Shown here: in pieces, positions 26,601-38,600 of the stretch | Numbering within the stretch: the stretch's first letter is position 1 | Layout: each line of letters starts with the position of its first letter | NCBI GenBank assembly: GCA_051294905.1 | Contig: CM119386.1 | Span: 5,952,001 to 6,016,000, forward strand | Length of the DNA stretch: 64,000 nt | Source of the DNA: Botryllus schlosseri | Lineage: Eukaryota | Direction: 5' to 3' | Position numbers and translations under genes: made by a program | Notes under the pieces: model-generated | What the model was told of the DNA's origin: nothing | Database searches by the model: none | The model's input: only the letters and a program-made list of their open reading frames with translations

Positions 26601-29600
26601 CAAGTTTCAAAAAAGACATTAGCTCGCTCGAATTAAAAATATTGGTGAAATCAAATTCATAACACATTTGAATAAAATATTCATATGTATTGGCGAAGCT
26701 TTTCGGCTGACCCTCGTCAGGGGATATCGTCAGCAATATTGCGAGAATTCGAATAACTGTGTTCAACAACAATATATATCGGTAATTATGACATCACACA
26801 GAAAATATACTAAGTCAGGAAAACGAGAGAACTGAAGCGTTGGCATGTTCTCTCGTTTTCCTAACTTTGTATATTTTCTGTGTGACATCATAATTATCGA
26901 TATATATATTGTTGTTGAACATAGTTATTCGAATTCTCGCAATATTGCTGATGATATCCCCTGACGAGGGTCAGCCGAAAAGCTTCGGGAATAAATATGA
27001 ATATTTTATTCAAATGTGTTATGAAGTTCAGTACTCGTAAGCGTCTCTTTGAAATCAAATTATAAGGTCATTTCCAACGGATATTTACTTGTGAGCTACA
27101 TTCCTAATGCCCATTCGGCACCAATAGAATGAATTCACAAATCGAATTGCCAACAATTCTTTACTCGTTATTATAATTCATTATGGCTTTACCACTGCTT
27201 ACAAAATTGACGTTGGCACATACGCATTTAAAACACTGCAAATAACCAAATCACAAGATCATTTCCGACAAATCCTCACTTGAAAACCACAGGTGCCCGT
27301 CACTGAAATCCCTCGAAGTCGACGCTTGGAACAAGTTTTTGAAGCTGTGGATTTCATCCGTCCCGGCAACCATCACGACCCTGTCGATGGCCCCATCGGA
27401 TTGGTCGATGGCGAGCCAATCGTCGCACAGAAAATAAAACCTGCGACACAGATCATCAGCCCAAAAGTATCAGAAGTACAATGCAACATCACCTACTTTT
27501 CGTTAGTCTGAAGATCAGTTACCAGAATCGCGTCCAGAAACCACGACGACCATTTTCCGCCCCCCGAATTATCATGCCAAATACGCATGTAGTTCAGTTT
27601 TCCCAAAGGTTTTTCCGTGGCTAAAATCACCTTTACCACCCCACCCGCGTGGAACACCTACCAAAACCTGATTTCAATGCATTGCTTACAAAGTTATCTC
27701 AGAAGTAACTACCATGTTCTCTTTACTGGACAGCTTACGAATCGCTGTATCAAACTTCTGGCCACTGATCATGAAATGGATGTTACTTTTGGTGCCTGCA
27801 TTGGACGCTTTACCAGTTTTTACGATTAGCTGGTAGAAATATTTATCAATCAGCTTATTGTCCCATAAAGGTGCAACCGACCACTGAAAACCAAAAATTT
27901 TTATCGCATCACGTGACACATATATGGAACCAGATGTTCCTTACCTTTTCTATGTCTTTCTTATCTTCACGTCGAAGATAGATGATACCGACAACGAACA
28001 GTATAAATATGACAACCAAAGTCAAGAGCACAGCGAGGTTATTAGCGAGGTTTCCGATATTTTTCGCGATCACGTTGAAATCGATTGGATTAGGCGCCAC
28101 AAAGAAGTCGGCACCAAACGACGTCAGATGGTCGCAAAGACAAACCACAACATCCTCTGTCGTTTCGGAGCTAACAACGCATCCTAAAAATGAGTTTTCT
28201 TTAGAAGAGTGGATGGCCGACAACAGGAAAAGTGTGCGTTCTTAATTTGCATAAAGCATGCCCAATTTTATTCTGCAGCGGCCGAACCCAGCATCAGGGA
28301 CCCCAGTTTGATATTATAAAAAATGATTGCGCGCAAATATTACCATCGAATAACTGTGACACTGACAATAGCAATTTATGAGATGATGGGTGATCTACGG
28401 AATCTGCTTTTGAATTGTTAATATTTCTAATAACAAGCTCGGTTCTTGCAGTATGTTAGTAACAATGGTTGGCGCGATAACGAGGTAGACAGAGATAATA
28501 AAATTCTGGGTAATCGATGACGATGACCGTACAAACTACAAAACATACGTCCATTCTGTCTTTCCCCTGCTAATAGGATAAGCACTAAGCACACTAATGT
28601 AATGGCACAATGTTTGTTGCTGTTGTTTGGCATTAATAGTGTTCCAAGATAAATGGTTATTTTACACCAGGCCGGTTTTTATGATTGCCGAGCTGCTGAC
28701 TGGTAGCACAGCCCACTTTTGTTCTAGGCTTTTGTAAGACACCACTAGTGTGATCAGGAGCCTAGCTAAGCCCCTAAAACTGCATCGCATGTAGATTTTA
28801 GCAAATTGAATATATATCCTTTGCTGAAACAAAAGTAAATGTTTGTGTAAATGCTTTTGCACACTACTATGTCTAGAAAAAGTAGAATTTGGAGCAACGT
28901 GATATCCCGAACAAGCACAAAGTCAGGTCGAATTCCTTGCCTTCCGTGTCCCACTTCTCAGTCTTTTCATTCCAATAACGACACGACGTCACCACGGTAT
29001 GAAGCGTGTAGTTCCGCCATGTCATGTTCGCAGGATTCACGATATTTCCGCCATCATCTACATCAAAATACAAGTGGTACACGCACTTCGCCAAATTGAT
29101 GATCGGACAACGCGCACCTGTTTCGTGAATACCAAAAACGTATCTGCCGGTCCCGCCTAAAATGTCGGCGTCCAATCGGACTCGGTTTGGAAACAGCGGA
29201 TTGTCGGCGGTCCGTTTCAGATCGAGAACCAGGGAGTTGTTCTCGACGTTCGGAAAAACCGTCAAACTGTAAATCGACGACAGAAAAATCAAAGAGTCAC
29301 TCACAACCTTTCATAGACAAGAGCGAGAGAGATATTTATTGATTTGACCAACCAAAAAATATCATATTAGTGCAGGTAAATAATCAGAAGATAAACTAGG
29401 GTGTGATCGAAATGACCCTGGGTAGGGTCAACAGGTCTGATCACACCTTGCATTTGAAAATTATAAATGTTATTTAGAAATTTGGTTGTGATTGGTGGGA
29501 ATAAATATCGTAATATTGTATGCCAGGACATATGTAGCATGAGAGTTCGAATGTTTACCATGAACTTTTTGTGTAACGACATTATGATAAAGCGTGGAAT

Positions 29601-32600
29601 TCATAGCTATAGTTAACCAGTATGATGTTACGGTTCTAAAAATTTATTCTTTGCAATGCATTAATGCTATGTATGAAGTCATAATGATTGGAACTCCAAT
29701 ACTCGATGCAACTCGGCTCTTAACAGTAAATTCAGCATTGAATCAGCCAAATATTCGATATTTACCAGCCCTGGCTACAGCCACACTTCGCAATTTAATC
29801 AATTTTCAATCGACTTGTAGTTGAAGCACGCGCCAACAAAGTAATTTCCTGATCAAATGATCGCGTGTGTTTATAGATTCTAAACAGAAACTGGAAATGA
29901 GCTTCTAAAAAGTGCGAGTATCGTCCTCGAGATGTCGCACCAACTAATTAGCATTATTTCTTCAAGCGAAACAAAGCAACTTACTTGTCGGCGAGTTCAA
30001 AGTACAACCGCACGTCGGTATCAACTTCCGGCGCGATCGTCAGAAACATCACGTTCTTTTCGTCTTGCAGAACGATTTCGTGGTAGGACATGTCGTGGAC
30101 GCCAGACGGATCAAACACATGCAGCTCAGGGGGGCTGTATTTTGTTTTCTTTGTCGGTACTTCGATACGGAACGGACTGTGAATACACGGGCAGAGATGA
30201 GCGGATGTAATATCTTCAATGATTCAATTCTCCAGATTCAGATTCAAGTCCAAGAGCTTCTTGGAGGTACAAAACTTCAACAGTTGAATAGCATATATTC
30301 ATGGCTGATACTCGTCAGGGGTAATCGTCAGCAACTAGAAGAGAATTGGTGATACCTTTTTGATGAACAATGTTCTTTCCGATTCCCTACTACTTGCTGA
30401 TGATTGCCCCTGACGAGTGTCAGCCAAAAATATTCGGGTTCATTTCAATATGAATATACTATTCAATCGAAAATTGAAGAGCATTAGAAATTTCACATAA
30501 CGGTAGCTCATGAAAACGCATATCAGCAGTGTGCAATTTTGTTATCATTTGCTTCTTCTACATTAATACTTTGTTTCTACTTTGTAGAGTTACTTTTTTC
30601 ATTTAGTTTGATTGACAGCAGTATATACGACAAATCATATATATATATATGTAAATGTCTGTCCCGATTCCGTTGTGCGCGAAAGCGTAAATAGGTGACT
30701 CTCGAAGCCACGAGCTGTGACGGCAGAGTTAGTCTACGACGCACGTGTTCTCAGAGCCCGCATATGGAGGTCGGCACGCTGGGGCGGCAGACGTAAGATA
30801 GACAATTGGCTCCATTTCGCTTCATTTATTCTTTCTATTTCTTATTGAACCGCAGTATCATTGAACCTGGTAAATCTACAAGTTTCTGACCATTAATTAC
30901 TACTATTTGGCTGTTCTGTGCTAGTAAAGAAAGCTCCTTGGATCTGCGTGTGTGATCAGGATTGCAAGAGTATACTCAGAGCAGTCATTAGTCAGTGACT
31001 AGTGCGTACACCGGGAACTGTAGCTGTAGCGTCGACTCCAATCAAGCACTATACCAGCGTGTCTTGCAACAAGTCGTTGCAGCGACCGCTGCAGTCAGAA
31101 ACTTTACCAGTTACAAAGTTGAAAGTCGGAGAAGTTTGAAGTAATGGAAGCTGCAGCAACGCCAGAGAAAGCTGATGGCTCAGCCGTACAAAGTCAGACT
31201 GTGGCAACGTCAGAGACGGGTGCTGACTGCCCAGCTCCACCAAGTTCGGAAAATGTTGAAGACGTACGTGGAAGTGTCAAGAAAGAAATTGTGGACCAGA
31301 TCCCCGCGAAGAGCAAGTCAGTGGGTTCTGACGATCCAACCAGTAGTGACGGCACTTTCCATGGATTCGATCAGAGATTGGTTGAACTTGAACGTCAGTT
31401 CCATGAAACAAAAGGCGAAGTTGAAAGATATTTGGACGCAACTGAGACTGCCATGGCGCTATGCGCAAATAAAGAGGAAGTGCGTGAAGAAATGAAAAGA
31501 GTTGTTAGCCATCGAAACGAAATGAAGAAAATTACTGAAGAAATTATTTCAAATCACGCGGAAAATACGGAAACGAAAGATTTCACCGACAGTCTGAGGT
31601 TGGTTGAAATAGATTTCAAAAGAATTCGGCAAGCCGTTGCGGACTTCATGATGCTTCCATCCGAAAATGGATCCGTCCGTAGCCGAGCGAGATCTGGGGC
31701 CGGCTCGAGATCGAGTCGACATTCACAAAACAGTCGCACCAGCCTCGCCAGCAACAAAGAGCTACGTCATGCAAGCATAAGGGAAGCAGCCGCTTTGGAA
31801 GTAAAACTGGAATTTTCAGGGCAAGAAGCTGAAGTGAAAAAAAAGTTAGTTGAAGATGAAGCAGAGATGAAAAGACAAGAAGCTGAAATGAAAAAGAAGT
31901 TAGTTGAAGATGAAGCAAAGTTGTCGCAATTGGCTCTGGAGAGTCAACTTGCTGAAAAACGAGCCGTGATCAAGGCTTGTGAGCAAATTGAAAAGGAGGA
32001 AAACCCCTTCGGCCTGGACGAAGAGGCCCAGTGTGTTGGATCTAGCTTCGCAGAAATAAAGAATAGCGTTCCGGTTTTGGATTCGGGAGACAAGGTAAAA
32101 AACTTTGTTTTAAGTGACTCTCATGACCGTCCCAAAGTAACGCCATCTACTGTCAAATTTGTGGAACCTATATCGCCAACCTTAGTCGTTGATAAAGCTC
32201 CTCTGCCAATGAACCATGTCTCGTATGTTGAACCACAAACAACTGAACAAAAACTGTTTGTGCCGAGTCCTAAATCGCCCACCGATCATTCCATGCTTAT
32301 ACCAAGTGAACATCAATACAATGTAAGACCTAGGACGCGAATACCCGATATAAAAGTTTGGGTTTTTGATGGTGATGAAACCAACTATATAGAGTGGGAA
32401 AATTCGTTCAAGGCTTTGGTAGAAGATAGAGTCTGCTGTGTCAATGAGAAGATGAATTTGTTGAAACAGCATCTTGGTCCCAACCCGTTGAAAGTTGTTA
32501 AAAGTCATTTTTTGAATGGTACGGAGGAATCCTACCAAAAAGCAATCGGAGACTTGCGAGACAGGTATGGAAGCCCTGTTGTCATTGGCCAAACCTTCCT

Positions 32601-35600
32601 GAATAGACTGCGTGCTTGGCGCTACATAAAAGAATATGACAAACTTGGTTTGCGCGAATTCTCTGATTTTTTGGAGCAAGTAGTAGTCAACAAGCATTAT
32701 GTATCAGAGTTGGGCATTCTTGATTACTCGTCAAGTCATATGTACATAGTGAAGAAGTTACCTCCGTCACTAGTAGAGAAGTGGCGCGTTAAAGTGTCGC
32801 AATACAAAGTGGAAACGAACGATAAAAATTGCTACCCGCCCTTTGAATATTTCGTGTCATTTGTAAGAGATCAGTCAGAGCTTCAAAACATGCCGGAATT
32901 CAGAATGCTTAATGAAGACCGACATAGCAACGTCACTCATTCCGCTCAAAAGATTTCGCGTGATAAGCCAAGTGTGTCGTTCGGAACTAATGTGAAGCCA
33001 GATGAATTCGATTGCATCTTTTGTAAAAAGAAGGGCCATCATATCCCGGATTGTGTGGATTTCGAAAAGTTGCCCTTCTCTGAGCGAAAATCGTATATTT
33101 ACGACAAATTTTTATGTTATGGGTGTGGAGAAAAGTGTACTAGATCCCACAAGGGGCAAGTCTGTACCAAGCGCGTGGTTTGTAAGAAATGCGGCAAGTT
33201 TCATTTTACTAGCCTCCATTTGAGCTCTGCTCCCAGTGTTTCAAATTGCATTCAAGTCTGTGAGTCGGAAACCATGGAAATCGATAATACCATGCTGGTG
33301 CCGGTCTGGGTTAATCCCAAGTCGGATCCCACGAAGATTACCCTTTGTTACGCCGCACTGGACTCGTTGAGTAACCGTTCTTTTGTTACGGAAGAGATAA
33401 AGAGTGAGCTTCGTCTGAATAGTAAATCCACGCATGTCGAGTTGTCTACAATGAGCGGAAAGGATGCATGGCCTATTGAGAAAGTTTGGAACCTCGAAGT
33501 TACATCCTATGACAAGATGAAAAGTGTCAACGTAGCACAAGCGTATGTCAGAGATGAGATACCCGCGAACAGAACACAGATTCCTAAAGCGTCCGCATGC
33601 AAAGAGTGGGCACACCTCCAGAAGGTAGCAGATGAGTTGCCTCCTTATCTGCCAAATGCAAAAGTCGGCATCTTGCTGGGGAGTGATGTGGTCGCAGCGC
33701 TAATCCCTCGTGAAGTGGTGGCTGGGGGAGATAATGAGCCGTTTGCTATGAAGACCGACTTGGGATGGGGTGTTGTCGGTAAAATCTGTAAAGGTGTTGA
33801 TCCTAACAATGCTATATGTCATAGGATCATAGTGCAAGAAATGAACAATGACGCTAACATTGTATTAGCATCGCGAGCAAAAGAGATAATCAACCCGAAC
33901 GCAGTGAAGAACATGTTTGAATTGGAGTTCGCCGAGCATAAAGGAAAGTTATCGTCGCTCTCCGTAGAAGATCGAAGATTCCTGCAGATAATTTCAGACG
34001 AGATAAAGCAGCGTCCAGACAAGCACTACGAAATGCCTCTCCCGCTTCGAGACGAGACTGTCGATATTCCCAACAACAAATCGTTCGTTTTGAAAAGGAC
34101 TGCCCAACTTGGTAAGCGTTTGGCAAAGCATGATGACTTTCGTAATGACTATGCCACATTTATGAGTGATATTTTGAACATGTATGCCGAGAAAGTCCCT
34201 AATAATGAGCTTGATCTGAATAATGGTAAAGTGAACTACTTGATCCACATGGGTGTGTACCACCCACGTAAGCCAAACCAAATTCGTGTCGTGTTTGATG
34301 GCTCTGCCAAGTATTTAGGCATGAGTTTGAATGATTACCTGCTAACTGGCCCAGATCTGTTGAACAAAATGTTAGGTGTGCTTTGTCGAATGAGAAAGTT
34401 TGATTACGCCATGAGTGCGGATTTGAAAAGTATGTTCTTTCAGTTTTTTGTCAGTCCCAAGCACCGCGATCTGCTGCGCTTCTTTTGGTGGGAAGATGGC
34501 GACGTCGTAAATGGCAAGTTGATAGAGTATCGTCTAAAAGTTCATTTGTTCGGGGCTTGTAGCAGTCCCTCCGTTTGCAACTTTGGCCTGAAACGTGCGG
34601 CAGATGATGGTGAAGTAGAATTTGGCACGCCTGCGGCAGATTTCATCCGTGATAACTTTTATATGGATGATGGCATAATATCCATAGATGATGAATCTGA
34701 GATGATCGCGCTGGCCAAAAGTAGCAGCGCGTTGTGTGAAAATTTTGGCATGAAGCTTTGCAAATTTGTCTCAAATAGTCGTAAAGTGATTGAGAGTATT
34801 GAACCGTCCGATAGAGCTAAGGACATAAAAGAAGTTGATTTGAAAAAGGACGCATTGCCGAATGTAAGAACGCTTGGTATCGTTTGGTGTATTGAAAATG
34901 ATTCGTTGCAGTTTCGCATGCAACTCAAAGATTGTCCGTGTACCAGGCGAGGCATTTTGTCGACAGTGGCTTCAATATATGACCCGTTAGGCCTCGCCGC
35001 TGTTATATTGATTGAGCCCAAAGCCATTTTGCAATCACTGTGTAAAGCTAATGCATCCTGGGACGACCCTGTTCCCCAAGAGTTGTGGATGCGCTGGGAG
35101 AAATGGCGTTCGGATATCCATTCAATTGAGTCGGTCCACATAAGACGTTGTTATAAGCCCCTTGAATTTGGCAAAGTAGAGCACGTTGAGCTGCATCATT
35201 TTTCTGATGCTAGTAATTTCGCATATGGCCAGTGTTCCTATGTGCGTTTGGTAAATGATAAAGGGGATGTGTCCTGTTCCCTTGTGATGGGGAAAGCTCG
35301 TGTAGCCCCATTGAATAAGCAAGTTTCTATTCCTAGGCTGGAATTGAGCGCTGCTGTTGTGTCGTCGCGAATGAGTCGGTTTCTTCGCGACGAGTTGAAG
35401 TATGAGAATGTTGTCGAGTATTTCTGGGTTGATTCCATGGTAGTTTTAGGCTACATCAAAAATGAAGCAAAACGATTTCATGCGTATGTCGCAAATCGAG
35501 TCCAGACAATCCATGACCATACTGATGTGGATTCATGGTACTACGTGCCTTCTGCACAAAACCCGAGTGACGATGCCAGTAGAGGTATCCCTGTGAGTGA

Positions 35601-38600
35601 TTTTAATGCAAAATGTCGTTGGTTGTGTGGCCCTAGTTTCCTGCATGTCGTGGGCCCCTTTGCGGCCCCTGAGTCCACCTTTGAACCGTGTGAGTCAGAA
35701 AAAACAGTAATTGCTAATGAAATGAGAAAAGCAACTGCTTTTGTGAGTAACGTAGTGCAAAATCCAACGCACCCTACGTTCGGGGTTATTGATCCAGACA
35801 GCCTTGGGCATTTCTCGTGTTGGGATAAGTGTAAGAGATCTGTGGCTAAAGCTATGCGTTTTGTTGCTATATTGAAAAAATCGGATCCAGGAGATCTGTC
35901 TGTAAGTTTACTTCAAGATGTTGAATGTCTGCTGGTGCGCTCAGCTCAGCAAGAATGTTTTGCAAAGGAAATTGAGACTTTGCACAGTGGGAAACCACTG
36001 CAGAAAAATAGTGCTTTGTTTCGCTTGAATCCGTTTCTCGATTCTTGTGGTATGCTACGACTCGAAGGTCGCATTGAAAATTCTGATGAGCCCTATAATG
36101 TGAAACACCCAGTCTTGATACCCAAGAAGTCGTGCATCACTGATATGCTGGTGCGTCATTTCCATGAACGTAGTAACCACTCCGGTCGCTACATGACTTT
36201 GAATCTTATCCGTCAACACGGATATTGGTTGATAAATGGATCGTCTCGAGTGACGCATGTAATTGGTTGTTGTGTTACTTGTCGCAAGTTGCGGCGGCCC
36301 CTTGAGAGCCAGAAAATGGCGCCTTTGCCAGTAGATAGGTTTGATACTGAAGCGCCCTTCACCTACGTTGCATGCGATGTCTTTGGTATATACTATGTGA
36401 AAGAGAAGCGATCTACTTTGAAGCGTTATTGTGTTGTGTTTACATGTTTGTCTTCTCGTGCTATCCATTTGGAATCGTTGAATGCTATGACCACTGATTC
36501 CTTCATCAATGCCCTCCGCAGAATGTTGGCCCGTAGAGGTCCTATGACGCAGCTGAGATGTGACTGTGGCACAAATTTTGTCGGCGCTAGTAATGAGTTG
36601 AAAAAAGCTGCTGTGAAATTGAACCAAACTAAGGTGAAAAACTTCTTGTTGAATGAGCATTGCGATTTTATTGAATTCAACTTTGCCGTTCCCCATGCTA
36701 GTCACATGTCGGGAGCAGTCGAAAGACTAATCCGAACCGTGAAGGCTGCTCTTAATCCTTTGTTGCTGAAATTTGGTCATATCTTGTGTGATGAGTCTTA
36801 CCGTACATTTCTTGCCGAAGTTGAGAATATTGTAAATTCAAGACCGTTGTGTGTGCAAAATTTGAATGATCCATCAGCTCCAATCCCATTGTCCCCTCAG
36901 CATATTCTCACATTGAAGTCCAAGGTTTTGTTGCCTCCACCAGGAGTATTTCAAAAATGTGATATATATTTGGTAAAAAGATGGCGCAGGGTCCAGTACC
37001 TTGCCAACGAGTTTTGGAGTAAATGGAAACGTGAGTACTTGAGCTCACTGCAAAATCGAAGTAAATGGAATGATGTCAAACGGGATTTCAAACCCGGCGA
37101 TATTGTTTTAATTTCTGACCCTAATCAGCCCCGGAATTTTTGGAAACTTGGCCGAGTTGAGGTTGTCACGCCAAGTGGTGATGGGCACATTCGGAAAGCA
37201 ACTGTGTTAGTTGCGACAGCGGAGCTTGATGCAAAGGGTAGACGCACTGCTTCTTCCACTTATGTTGACCGCCCCATTCACAAGTTGGTGCTTATGATAT
37301 CAGTCGATTCTTGATTGTCTGTTTTTCGCTGTGTGATATGTGTGAATCGCGTTATTTTTTGTCGTTGTTATTGTTATTTGTTTGGTACATACTTGAGACC
37401 ATTTGGATCTCTCGTACTCTATGTGTTATCAGTGTAGTCCGATTTCCCGAAGTGGAGCCACATTGTTTACACGTTTGCAAAAATAGTTGTAAAGACATTT
37501 TATGTTGCACAAAAATGTCCTTAAAAGGGGGAGTGTAAATGTCTGTCCCGATTCCGTTGTGCGCGAAAGCGTAAATAGGTCACTCTCGAAGCCACGAGCT
37601 GTGACGGCAGAGTTAGTCTACGACGCACGTGTTCTCAGAGCCCGCATATGGAGGTCGGCACGCTGGGGCGGCAGACGTAAGATAGACAATTGGCTCCATT
37701 TCGCTTCATTTATTCTTTCTATTTCTTATTGAACCGCAGTATCATTGAACCTGGTAAATCTACAAGTTTCTGACCATTAATTACTACTATTTGGCTGTTC
37801 TGTGCTAGTAAAGAAAGCTCCTTGGATCTGCGTGTGTGATCAGGATTGCAAGAGTATACTCAGAGCGGTCATTAGTCAGTGACTAGTGCGTACACCGGGA
37901 ACTGTAGCTGTAGCGTCGACTCCAATCAAGCACTATACCAGCGTGTCTTGCAACAAGTCGTTGCAGCGACCGCTACAATATAGTCATATAGGCATATTAC
38001 ATTCACATATGCTATTATAAATATTATTGCATCATACTTTTTACAACATAAATTTATATATATAACACATACAGCTATATAATGACTGTAGCGTGACCAG
38101 CTGAGTTGATGACCTTACTGCTGTATCGCTGATCACAAGTCCAAATCAAAATTCAAAATAACTGTAACTCCATATCCGATAAAAATCCGGCCAAATTTAT
38201 CTAATCTTTTTTTTCTAATCTAAATCCATGCTCAATTTCTCAACCTAGAACACGGCTAATTAGCACACTGTCTCGAAAGGTCTGCAGACGTATACCTGTC
38301 GCGACTTGTGGAGTTGATTTTCCTGTTGTCGGGAAGGTTGAGATTCAAACTCACGACGGCAGAGTTAACGGCGTCGGCCGAGTCATCCCATATGAAAGGA
38401 TTTTTGTCAGCTACGACAAGCTGCGCGATGAAATTACGTCGTAAGTTCGGCATGACGATAAATAAACGACAAGATTAAACCTCGACGTCTATCGTTTCGT
38501 CTTCTCCCAGCCCGTTTAGCAGGTCGCTACCGCACGGTAGACTGAAAGCTTTTTTGTTGCCTCCATCGTCGCAAAGCGTCTTTGCTGTTTTCCGCTCAAC

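Larger units (their letters stand above)
30650..37977 (+). mobile_element. Full-length BEL/Pao LTR retrotransposon, antisense in a polycystin intron
   Basis: Two 444-bp TG...CA LTRs with 3 differences, a 5-bp TSD ATATA (30645-30649 and 37978-37982), a PPT and one intact gag-pol ORF. Confidence 0.97.

Noticed and set aside
31049-36705. Numerous short ORFs overlapping the gag-pol ORF on both strands
   Set aside because: They are shadow frames of the long polyprotein and show no independent motifs.
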